Origin: Eledone cirrhosa
Taxonomy: Eukaryota
Assembly: GCA_964016885.1 (NCBI GenBank)
Contig: OZ024742.1
Span: forward strand, 284,332,001-284,396,000
Direction of reading: 5' to 3'
Length of the DNA: 64,000 nt
The position numbers were made by a program, and so were the translations under genes. Below the pieces are notes generated by a model. That model ran no database searches and was not told the DNA's origin. It saw only the letters and a list, made by a program, of their open reading frames with translations. Positions within the stretch are counted from its first letter, which is position 1. Each line of letters opens with the position of its first letter. Below, one piece after another: positions 27,190-38,701 of the stretch.

Positions 27190-28216
27190 CTTTATATTTA
27201 TATATTCCTACACAGGACGAAAGAGAGAGTTAACAGACTCTGCTTTCCTCACCCATCCGTGTGACTGACTACTGACATCAACATCATCAACAACAACTAA
27301 TCCAATACCACCAACACCACCCTGCAAGCAAACAGTGAAAGCAAAGAAAACAAAACATACATAATAAAACTTAAAATAAAAAAAAAGTAAAGAAAGAAAA
27401 ATGAAACAGAGACCTCCAACGCTGAAGGCGTCAGTGAAGAGAGTTGGGATGTCTCTGGGGGAAGACGTTGAGATGTAACTGGAAGCCCATATCGTCAGAC
27501 AAGACAACACAACAGCGGGAAGAAAGGGAGAGATAGAAAGAGAGAAACGAAGAAAGCAAAGGGAAGCCATCATCCTACAAAATGCCATCATCATCATTAT
27601 TATTATCACCAACACCCTTATGGCCTCTTCTCATGTTTGTTCAACCTTTACCACCACTTACCATTTCTCTGTCCTGCTATATACAACATTTTCCTCCTTC
27701 CTACCTCCCAAGTGTCTTTCGCTCTCTCTCTCTCTCTCCTGTTCCTTTCCCATGTCATTGTACTTTCCTCCTCCTTCTTCCCCTTACTATCCTCATCAAT
27801 CTCCGGTAGAAAGAAAGCAGAAAATAGGGAAGGGATCCTTCCACCATACCCCACAACATCGCAATTTCTATGTCATCCGTCACATCCTACCCTTTCCGAG
27901 GTTTGTCTTTCTTACCTCACTCTTCTTATTAACCGTGTGGTCATGGCTATCACCCCCACCCAACCGCAGTACCCACCACGGTCAGGCACCTGTCAACACT
28001 GACAGAACAAATTCAGGAAGTTTCTTTAGATTTCATTGTTCACAAAATACCCGAACTACCATCACCACCATTATAAATACACACCAGACACACCTCTCTG
28101 GGGGTAAGTTAAGATACATAACGTACTCTTTCATTTAATAAATCAAAACAACTTTGAGTACAAGTTCTCTTCATGTGTGTGTGTTTGGTATATATATATA
28201 TACCAAACACAGATGA

Positions 28217-28251
<35 letters not shown>

Positions 28252-28255
28252 GAAG

Positions 28256-28306
28256 AGCTTCTACAGGATTAGAACTGTTTCATTCGTGAGAAATCATCAG
28301 GAAGCT
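28256..28306 (-). ncRNA. type I hammerhead ribozyme motif (Penelope-type), sense to the patched pre-mRNA
   Basis: Minus strand: AGCTTC-CTGATGA-TTTC-tcac-GAAT-GAAA-CAG-ttctaatc-CTG-TA^GAAGCT. 6-bp helix I, intact CUGAUGA and GAAA boxes, 4-bp helix III, GUA triplet. Helix II is 3 bp with a U.U at the core-proximal pair. Confidence 0.7.
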
Positions 28307-31300
28307 GGCTGTCCCTTTGCAATGTATTGAGTACTTTACTTACTGTGGTTACCTCCGATTCAATTCGGAATAACTTATATATGAAGAGAACTCTATATAT
28401 ATCTACATACAAACACAATAAAATGTCCAGTTGTACACTATATCATTCATTCATTGCTTATGAATGTTCATATATGTTTCTCGTACATATTTGTAAAATT
28501 AAGCATGAACCCGCGCACACACTCTTTCTTCCATAGAATATATATAGACAATGAATTATTTAAAAATCTATCGCTATGCACTCATTATCTTACCTATTTA
28601 TTTATTCCCTAAACTATCAACCTAAGCAACTTTACATCTTATGACTTACTGTCTGGTCTGTTGGAAGGATGTAATAATCCACAATATAATTTGCTTCTAA
28701 AAGAATGTACGAAAGTACAATTACTAGAAGAGGGTGAACGAATGAGAATGTGAAGGACAAAAAAGACAAGGAGATGAGGGAGTTTCTTAGTGGCACCAGA
28801 AGAAAAAAAATAACCCAAAAGATACAACAGAGAGAAACTTTGAAAATAAACTTAGTGTGGCGAGAAGTAGAGTGGTTAAGGCGAAGGAGAGGGAGATGTA
28901 ACTGGAAAAATCGTTCCAGCTTCTCACTTAAGGACGGCAAAAACAAACAAGTAAAAAATAAAATAAAGTTTTAAAACAAATATAACTCCAACTCCACACA
29001 AGGGTTAAAACAAAAAGAAAGAAAAATATTAAGAAATACAAGACAGAAAAGTGAAAAAAATTACTAAGCAAATAACTAGTCTGATGCAAGTTTTTAGGGG
29101 TGGTAGATATATATATATATATATATATATATACGAAATATTCTTTGCTAGAAGAACTTTCCCTCAGTAAACAACGTGCCAAACGTTTTGGTTAAATCAT
29201 TAGATGCTTTGTTGATTACTCTAGGGTATTTAAAAAAATGATTGCATTGTATTTTCCCTCACCTCCTTTTCTACCCTGCTAAAACATATAAAAAGAAAAA
29301 AGCGAAATAATTTATTAGAAAATATTCTGACGTAAAAAATGTGTATGTTTGGCATTAAAAATGTTTGCATTGTTTGTTAAGGAGCTTAACTCATTTCTTC
29401 TGTTCTTTCTCCCGTTTACTATTTCTTACTAACTGATTCTTCTTCCTATTTCATCGACGTCGTCTTGAAGTTTCAAATTCTCTCCATCGCGGCATTTGTG
29501 TGTTTAGCTTTCTCTCTTACTATCCTCACTCACTATCAGGATGAACCAACCTGCCGCCGCTTTTACCACGCAACAGGAGGCGAAAATAAACATGTGTCTG
29601 CGAGAGGAAGCAAAAACACTGACTACAATGATTTAGAATTTTTCGCAGCGCTCAAAGGGAGAGACATGTATGTTTCCTTTCCTTCGTTTGTGTCTAATTT
29701 CTCTTTATGTGAGACTTACACACACACACATCGATGTAAGCGATTCAATCGTGGAGCCATTACGTGGTCGTTTGAACGGCAAGAAATAACAGCCAAATCT
29801 CCACACCATATCAACCATCTTATAAAAGAAAGCACACACACACACACACACACTGGAATCATGTAAGACCTAGATACACTATAGTTGAATAAAATGCGAG
29901 ATGGTCACGAACGGAATACAGTTGCTCATAATAAATTTGCTTGACCGAACACACAACTAAATAACAGCCATATATACACATGCAGAGAAATAAGGTAGAT
30001 AGATATATAAATATCAAGATTTCTCATAGAAATTCCAGATTTAAGGTTGCTCCCATCCCAAGAAGTAGGCAGCGAGGTAAAAGCCTGAAAATTGGAATAT
30101 TAGAAAAAAAGACCCCAAGTCCGTGGGGGAAGAGAAAGCGGGGTCAGTGTCAGTTAGCGAACAGAGAGGGGGGGGGGCGACAGTTGTCGATGTCTTCTTC
30201 GCCCCCGCATCATCATTACAAACATAGGAAATTGCATTCGGATGTCTACCTCACCATGAATCTTGAGCTGCTCAAACACACGCATACACACCTCCAGCTC
30301 TTCATGTGTGTAAATAAATGTACGTACATATATATATATATTCACGTACACACACATATATGTATAATATGTCTATGTAACAAAAATATTTAAACAAATG
30401 GTACTACATATACAACTACTACTGTTACTGGATGCTGCGACTACGTTTGCTCCACCACACATCCATATCATACGCATGTCTAACGAGGCAAACATACATA
30501 CATTGCAAAATGCTGCCCCCCACCCCAATAAAATTATCTAAATGGATCTGGATTCCCCACCACCGACACCTTTTACCATACGAAACAAGTTCAAGGAGTT
30601 TGAAAGAAAGTTTCAACGATGAGAGCTGACACCGATAGACAGACGGATCCGTCTCAAGGGTCAACTCTCCCTCTCTCATACCGTCTCTTTTAAACTCAAG
30701 CAGCCAGGTTCCTTACTCTGGTAAAATGGATAGAAGCTGTCCTTATCGGCGAAACGGCGGGATTCGAGGGGGAACAGATAGATGTTTTCCATTGGCAAGC
30801 AATTATAACAGCCTCGACATTCCAGCGGGACGGGAATATAATGTAAACAACTTATACTCACAGGGTATGTGCGTATATATAATATATAGATACCCCCACA
30901 CATAATACAGTTATAAACATAAATTGACTTAAGGCGCACACAATGATATATATATGTTGATAAATACACAAATGACATTTACCCACAAGAATATACACAC
31001 ATGTATATCGGTACGGTTATACATATGTAGACAAGCGTTAGCGACATACACATAGTGTGCAAATATATTTCTCGGGAACTTTGAGACGAACATACACAAA
31101 TGTTATAAAGTAAATGTAAATTAAGTATGTGCGACTGTTAAATATATATATATGAGAAACCATACGTGTGTGGGTGTTGTTCTCTGTATATGCGTCTTAT
31201 GTATTAAGTGTGTGTCAGTGCGCTGTGATTGTGTGGAGAGAGAATAGGGAAGGAAAGGCGGTGTGAAGCGAATATTTTGCCCATGAGAAAAAGAGTTCCT

Positions 31301-32007
31301 AGTCTGCTGAAAGCTACGCTAAGCCAAGACATGGTCGGTGAGCAAGCTTATGAGTAGAACACACACGGAGAATATAGTGAGGTGCAGTGAGAGATGTGAG
31401 GAAGAGAAATGTGTAAGATATCCTAAAGAGAGTCAATGAAAGAGATAGGAAAAGAAAAAGAAGGGAAAGTGAACCGAAGGGAAAGACAAATGAATAGGAA
31501 ATTGTAAGAAGTAACAGATAAATATCAGAATGATAGAATGAGAGTCAGAATGATAGAATGAAAGTAAATAATAGAGAAGTATAATAACAGAGGGTTAGGG
31601 AAAAAGAGAACGACAGTGATGTAGTAAATAAGAAGGGGACGTAGAAATGCTAAAAGGAAAAGAACAGATGGCGTGAAGGGGAAAGAGAGAAATAAAGAGA
31701 ATGTTAGTAGAAAGTAAAATAAGACGAAATTAGAGAGGCTAAGTAGTAAACAGATAAAAATGTGAAGAAAAAAAAATCGTTAGAGTTCATACATTCCACA
31801 GTAAAATATGGCATTCACACATTCAAGCCCCATTGAACGCCTTGTGTATGGGTGGTATTATGTGATACTTCCTCAAGAGTTTATTTAAACACACTCTCTC
31901 ATAGAATTATTCACTTTTCAACATCCCCTACATACAACGTAATGTGTTATTCTTTCTCTGGTATTGTTTTTGTTGCGTGTATATATATATATATGTACCG
32001 ATTGTGT

Positions 32008-32027
32008 TGTTATTTCTGTTTACCTTT

Positions 32028-32081
<54 letters not shown>

Positions 32082-32145
32082 ACCAAAGATTAATATGGTT
32101 CATTGATTACTCAATGAATAGTGTTATTTCTGTTTACCTTTTACA

Positions 32146-32183
<38 letters not shown>

Positions 32184-32222
32184 ACCAAAGATTAATATGG
32201 TTCATTGATTACTCAATGAATA
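32008..32222 (+). repeat. tandem duplication (~115-bp unit) spanning a (TA)n tract
   Basis: tgttatttctgtttaccttttacatacatac..(TA)n..aaccaaagattaatatggttcattgattactcaatgaata occurs twice. Confidence 0.85.
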
Positions 32223-32285
32223 CAGTTTTACAATACAGGAATTGAAATATCAAGACTGTAGAGGTATGTCATATATCAAATCATA

Positions 32286-32350
32286 TTTTATCTGACGAGG
32301 ACGTACTGAAAAAAAAAAAACACAGTACCTTCGAAATATATATAATAAAG
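32286..32350 (+). ncRNA. minimal type I hammerhead ribozyme motif
   Basis: TTTTAT-CTGACGA-GGACGTACTG-(A-rich loop)-CAGTACCTTC-GAAA-T-ATAT-A-TA^ATAAAG. Helix I 6 bp, helix II ~9 bp, short helix III with a palindromic loop, as in Penelope-associated minimal hammerheads. Confidence 0.75.
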
Positions 32351-32391
32351 CATATATTTTGATTATGTGAATATCTTCATTTGTTAACATT

Positions 32392-32433
<42 letters not shown>

Positions 32434-32794
32434 GAAAATGAACAAACAAAACACAGGAAGCAATTGTACAGTTATATTATTAAGTTCACGCTTGGTGGAA
32501 GTGGAGGAGGTTTCGGACAGAAGTTCTTCACCAGGAAAGTTCAGAAACTCCGAGGAATGATAAGGGAGAGTTAAGGAAGTTAAAAGGTAAAAAATAAAAA
32601 TAAAAGAGATAGGTACAGACTGGGGGGGGGGGGTGTAAGGGGTGGTATGTATATACTAAATGGAATGGCCAGTTCTATCCAGTGGTGAGTCACGAAACAT
32701 GAATGAATATATATATATATATATATACTTCGTTTTTTTTTTTTTTTGTATTTGTTTTGCAAGATTTTTTTGTGAAAACGTGTTGAAACAGATA

Positions 32795-33159
32795 CTGTTA
32801 TACTTTGAGAGGGTCATGCTGCCAATTAAAACATACGCACCATTGAATTACACTTCAATTTATTATAATTTCCCGTTTAATAACCGGATGGTTGTTTAGT
32901 TATTGATTGTCAACACTTTACGTCTCCTCTTTTTTCAGTTTTACACCATCTTGTATTTCAAGATGGTGTTAAAACATAACAAAGAGATATAAAGTAACAA
33001 GTAGTCACTGAAGAGGTCACAAAATGTGACGAAAGAGCTTTGACAATTAACAACTAAACAATCCGGCTATTAAACTAACCGGTGGGAAATTATAATAAAT
33101 TGAAGTGAAACTCAACTGGTGCCCGTGGTTTTATTGGCAACATAACCTCCCTAAGTATA

Positions 33160-33160
<1 letters not shown>
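32795..33160. repeat. imperfect inverted repeat (Penelope pLTR-like arms) with a central hairpin
   Basis: 32795-32912 vs 33040-33160 are diverged reverse complements. Central acaccatcttg-tattt-caagatggtgt hairpin. Confidence 0.8.
33004..33044 (+). ncRNA. minimal hammerhead ribozyme-like motif
   Basis: GTCA-CTGAAGA-G-GTCACA-aaa-TGTGAC-GAAA-GAGC-TT^TGAC. Helix I 4 bp, helix II 6 bp; very short helix III and a weak CUU triplet. Confidence 0.55.
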
Positions 33161-33209
<49 letters not shown>

Positions 33210-35129
33210 AGGATAGAAATGTAACTCTATGAGAGTGTATATGATTGCCAAATAGTTTTCTAAAATATTTTAAAGAAAAAAAAGATACAGGTCGATAGAC
33301 CTAAGCACAGAGCATATCCAACCAAAGAAAATGACGGAATAAAGTTATCTCATTTAATACCTTACAATTTGGTTACACAATAAAAATTCAAGAAGATGGA
33401 ATAAAATTGTGTACAACGTGTGCAAAGAAGGAAGCAATACCTCTTCAGGAGCAAAAACAAGCAGAAAATAATCTATATACATAAAAAAGAAAATGTATAC
33501 AATGTTTGTATGCAGGCGATGCATTTCCAGTTTCCATCCGATTTTGTTCAAATTCGATACATAGGTTAGTTAACTATTTTGCTAGTAATATATTAATAGA
33601 AATACGCTGGATGGTCGAGCCTCATATGGCAAGCTGCAGACCACTGGAGGTTACATTTCAATATGACGCGCTACAGGTTCAAATTTATTATTAGGGTCTC
33701 GACCTTTCAAAGTTTTTTTCAAATATATTCGACCTTTCAAAGTTTTTTTCAAATATATATTTTATTTTATGCTTGATTTTGCTTATGAAGATTGCTTCAT
33801 TCTTTGCACATGCTGCACGCAATTTTATTCCATCTTCTTGAATTGTGGCTAACTGTGTAATGATCGGTGGCAACACCGAAACAATTGTAAGGCATTAAAT
33901 GAGATAAGAACTTTATTCTATCACTTTCTTTGGTTATATATATATATATTATAAGTATGTATATCAGCCGTACTAAGAGTGAGAAATGAAATTTCGTAAG
34001 AAATCTCCAGGAAAGTTATTATTATTATAAAATGTATATGCCTATACTCTACTAATATATTGAGTACCTTTTTTAACAGTGTTCGCCTCCCAATTTACAT
34101 CGGGATTATTTATAAATAGTTCACGAAGTCGAAAGAATTTTATTACAGTAAATATTTATTCATGTTCTTACAAGAAGATAGCTACGGTGTTTCAGAGATG
34201 TGAATGTTACGAGAAAATAATAATAATTTTTTGGTATTTGTTAATTTAGAATGGACAAGTTATGATCCCTTGTAGTTGTCAAATGAATACTTTCTTTTTT
34301 AAGTACACACAGGATATGTATGATCTACGGTAGCAGTTTGGAAGTTTGGAACTCAAACTTTACTAAACTTAAAAAAAGAGATCCGCCTGTTTGTGCGACA
34401 AGCATCTACAGGTAGGTAGACCAAGCCGTTTAGATAAGATGCTATGTTGTGTAAAAAAATAGGAATGGTTTCTTTTCGCATCTGGTTCTTTTCGTAAGTT
34501 AGTGTCTTTAAGCACGAGAGAAAGTTCGCGTGAATTCAAAATACTAATTAAATAGATGGCTAAAAAATACTTTTTCTACATCAAAAAGTGGTTGAATGAA
34601 TCGTTTTGATATTTTTTCCGTTTATCAATATTATTAGTAATATTTCACAAAACTATATAAAGACTCCACATTAGATAAGATCGAGCGATGATTTCGAAAT
34701 TGATAGGGTGTGATGGCTATGAACAGTTTTCAATAAAAAGGAATGATGCGGGACATGTCAAGCCGGGAGTCAAAGTGTAAAATAATAATTGAAACACAGC
34801 TTGCTAGCAAGTTAAAAAAAACGCACACAGTAACCCATCATAATATTATTTAAATAATCAGTAGTGTTGACCTGATATCTCGTATTTGCACAATAGGTCT
34901 TTCTAGACCACCAACAGAGATGTTAGCTAACGGTGAAGATACATACGTCTAAACAGGATGCATTTGAGTACACACATAATTATACACACACGCACAGAGT
35001 AACAGGCTACTGTATATGCTTGAATAAACTATTAAATAATTTGTTATTGAGTATTCGTTCTTGCGTTCTCCAATACTAATGCGATTATATGTACACACAC
35101 ACATTATATATATATATATATATAATTAT

Positions 35130-35310
35130 AAAATTACTTAAACCCCACTAAAAGAATTCCACTTGTGTTTCACGTTTCAATTTTATCCACCAAACTGAAT
35201 GTATAATATATATATATATATATACATATACACATATACATTCAGTTTGGTGGATAAAATTGAAACGTGAAACACAAGTGGAATTCTTTTAGTGGGGTTT
35301 AAGTAATTTT
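35130..35310. repeat. perfect 76-bp inverted repeat with a TA/CA spacer
   Basis: 35130-35205 is the exact reverse complement of 35235-35310. Confidence 0.95.
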
Positions 35311-35714
35311 CACTGTTAGATGAATGACATGCCAGCAGCAATATGACACTAGATCACACACATTCATATATATAAGTGCGAGTATATATACATGTGTGTG
35401 TGAGTGTGTGCGTACACTCGCATGCATATAAACGCATAGAAACGGTAAACTATAAACGTACATTCAACTAAATTACACATTGAATCCTATGAGAACCTAG
35501 CTAGCTCCTTGGTACTTGGTAATTGTGTAAACAGACACATTCTACGTGACTGTCAGTGTTGCATGAAATGTGTATATATTTTGTCATTGTTAGTACGTGT
35601 GTATAAGTAACGTGTAGCATGTGTTTAAGGTTATTGGTGTATGTGCAACAAGCATTTATGTTTAGTACGTATGTTAGTATATCCACACGTATACACACAC
35701 ACGCGTTATATTAT

Positions 35715-35765
<51 letters not shown>

Positions 35766-36009
35766 TAATTAGTAAAATCACAACGATTTTCCCGGTCATG
35801 AACCGCGAGTGTGTGTGCCAAGTTTGAGTACAAGTGACCACACACGTCAATGTAGTGGGCGATAGTGTGAATGAATGTATGCATGATGTATATATGTTGG
35901 TTGATCTTATGGCAGTGTTTCTGTAAATGTGTATTTAATTAAACACGTGTTTGTACATCCCAAACATCCAATAAGTAAAAACAAACAAGAGCAAATTTTT
36001 TTAACTTAC

Positions 36010-36117
36010 CTTCTTAATTTGCTTATAGGCGACCTCAGCATTAACCCAGCTAGTCCTTGTAAGTAAATCTATGTCGTCCTTAATGTTAGCTGGCATCGGT
36101 CTTGGAACCCTAGTCAT
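36010..36117 (-). CDS. ptc: patched, first coding exon (36 codons: MTRVPRPMPANIKDDIDLLTRTSWVNAEVAYKQIKK)
   Basis: Manual minus-strand translation gives DLLTRTSWVNAEVAYKQIKK, matching the Patched N-terminal motif (Drosophila Ptc DLYIRTSWVDAQVALDQIDKGK). Ends in a phase-0 donor AAG|gtaagt. An acceptor tttttgctcattttag|GGACCCGCG-ATG lies 9 nt upstream (exon start 36126). Not in the ORF track because it is short. Confidence 0.9.
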
Positions 36118-36299
36118 CGCGGGTCCCTAAAATGAGCAAAAAGGACAATCAAAAGAACTGCCTTTCTTGAACACAACAGAATATAATGATGAGGAATTAT
36201 ATAAATGGAAATGATCGATCATAACCATGATGAATCTAAATTTTAAAGTATAAAAATTTATAATCATCATGTGCATGCATACGCTGAAGAAATATTCAA

Positions 36300-36339
<40 letters not shown>

Positions 36340-38409
36340 GTATGTATGTATGTATGTATGTGTGTGTGTGTGTAATAAATCTGGGGATGTTACCTGAAGA
36401 CTGGTGTCATATCCAAATATTTGTACGGTTAATACTATCCAGGATATAAGCACCAATGTGTGTGCGTGCGAGCATGTAGTCGGTGTTCGTGTGTATGTTT
36501 ACATAAGATAAAAATATGCATTTATATAGGTTCATTCATACATGCATATTTGAGAGAGCATGTGATTATAAATATATATATATTATAATGTATATGCCTA
36601 TATATAATCTAAATTTATACGTTACATAGTAGTAATGCGATTATTTCATTGATAAAACACGAACTTATGGATTTGGTGAATACATATATAGACATTTATA
36701 AATAGGTAGATAGCAGATAGAAAGAATAACAGATGAATATAAGTCTGAAGACAGAATTAAATTATATGACGAAGGACATGGGGACAGACAGAACCAGAAA
36801 GGAAAAAAAACGAAAACGGAATTAAAAATATATAAATGAAGAGTTAGAAATAGAGAAAGTCCAAGACATAGATAGATGGATGGAAACAATTCTTGAAAGT
36901 TTGAAGGACCAAAAATAAAATCCGAAACTAACCTTTGCTGTTTTGAAAGAAGCTGGATGTGACCAGCTTGCCATCGGATTGACTTCATAAACGAAGGATT
37001 TTGTGGTGATGAGTGGAGTGATTGATGTATAATATAAATATATGTAGTGTATATTGAATTATATATATGTGTGTGTAAACTGTGGTGTGTAGGTATATAT
37101 AAGATGTGTAGAACTTTTAGTTTGATTTTCAGGTTTCTGTTACGAGTGAAAATGTGTGTGCGTGCGTGCGGGGTGGGTAAGCGGTTTTGAAATTTTCTGA
37201 ACTGAAAAAGAGGAGGGCAGAGGAACTTCTTTCACAATCTTCCTTCCTTTTAGTATAGGAACAGTTTGCTCGTGGTAGTAAGATACTTATAGTAGTAGCT
37301 AATACTGTTGTTTCTGGTGGTGTTTTTATTTTATTTTTTTAATATATATCATACAGTTGGTTCGTGGTTATATTTAAAATCTTTCAGTAAAATAATTAAC
37401 ATAGTTTGATTGCTATTTGCTTTTTTTCGATCCGTATAGAAAGATAGACAGAAATAATATTGACTAAAAGAGCCGACTGACTGCGAGAGACGGACGGACG
37501 GTAGTAAGACAGAGCAGAGTAAAGATTAGAATGATGAGGACACGAACTGTCGTACTATGCTTTCCTTCCTTCCTTTTGGTTATAGTAAAGTAGCACGCCT
37601 GCTATACTGACTCCCTCATGTCAACTCCCTCTCCATTACACTTGCTCTCTCGTTATTTATCTATCTCTTTTACAGTACCCGCTTTTCTACGACCCTATCA
37701 GCTTTTCTCTTTCTTTCTCTTTTACACCATCCGCTCAACCTTCCCTCTCCCTCTTTCAATGCTTGCTCAAGCCACCTTTTCTTTCTTACACTACTTGCTT
37801 AAGCCTCCTTTTCTTAGAGTGTTCGCTTTCCTTCTCCCCCTCTCTCTTTTCTCTGCCTTTCTTTCTCTCCTACAATACCCGCCTTTCTCCCCTTTCTCTC
37901 TTTCTCGCTCTTTTACACTGTTCGCTCAAGCCTCTTTTCTCTCCCATAAGGCTCACTTTATCCCTCTTTCCCTTAGATTGACTGCTTAACCTTCTCTTTC
38001 ACTCTTAAAATGCCCGCTCTCATTCTCTCTTTATCTCATTGAGAGCCCTCTTTCTCTATATCTTTACCATCTCACTCAAAAATACTAACTCGTACAGTTT
38101 TCACTCTCTTTCTTAACATGTACGAAACCTTTCCTTTCTCTCTCTTTCCCTCATGTGTGCGCGCATATATACACACACGCACATTCATATATATATATAT
38201 ATATATACACGCATAAACAAGTAAATATATATCAAGGGATATACCTATGAAGGGAGAAATACGTATTTATATATTTATACACACAGATATATATATATTT
38301 AAACACGTATCTTCCTTCATATGTTTGAATAACCGAGGTACCCTCCACCTTTTCTCTCTCTATTTACTATCACTCGTTTCCACAACTTTATTTCTCTCAT
38401 CCCTACTCT

Positions 38410-38587
38410 CATCGCCACTCAAACGTCCGACCTCCGTCTTTCGGGGCCCCGCCCACACACCGTGTATGATTGACAGCTGGCCGTCCTATTCGTCGCTGCC
38501 ATTGGCTGGTCGCCGCCGTCGCCATAGTATCGTCGCAGCTTCATCGGTATTAGTTGCCAAGGCAACAACATATTCCTCTTCCTCTTA

Positions 38588-38626
<39 letters not shown>

Positions 38627-38701
38627 TCTAGTGTATAATGTGTGTATGACTATGTATGATGTGTGTGCGTGTGCATGCATGTGTGAGACATGGACCACAC
38701 A
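38410..38701 (-). promoter_or_regulatory. CpG-rich promoter-like block upstream of patched
   Basis: Local CpG enrichment in AT-rich DNA. GC box GCCCCGCCCAC 38446-38456; PBX/MEIS decamer TGATTGACAG 38467-38476; CCAAT (ATTGGCTG) 38501-38508; X-box GTTGCCAAGGCAAC 38553-38566; Gli-like GACCACACA 38693-38701. About 2.3 kb upstream of the first coding exon; TSS not determined. Confidence 0.6.

Noticed and set aside
29465-29866. 133-aa ORF with a signal-peptide-like N-terminus
   Set aside because: TTG start, runs into (CA)n and repeat sequence, no recognisable homology.
36385-36435. CTGAAGA-CTGG..CCA hammerhead-like relic near exon 1
   Set aside because: The GAAA box is missing.
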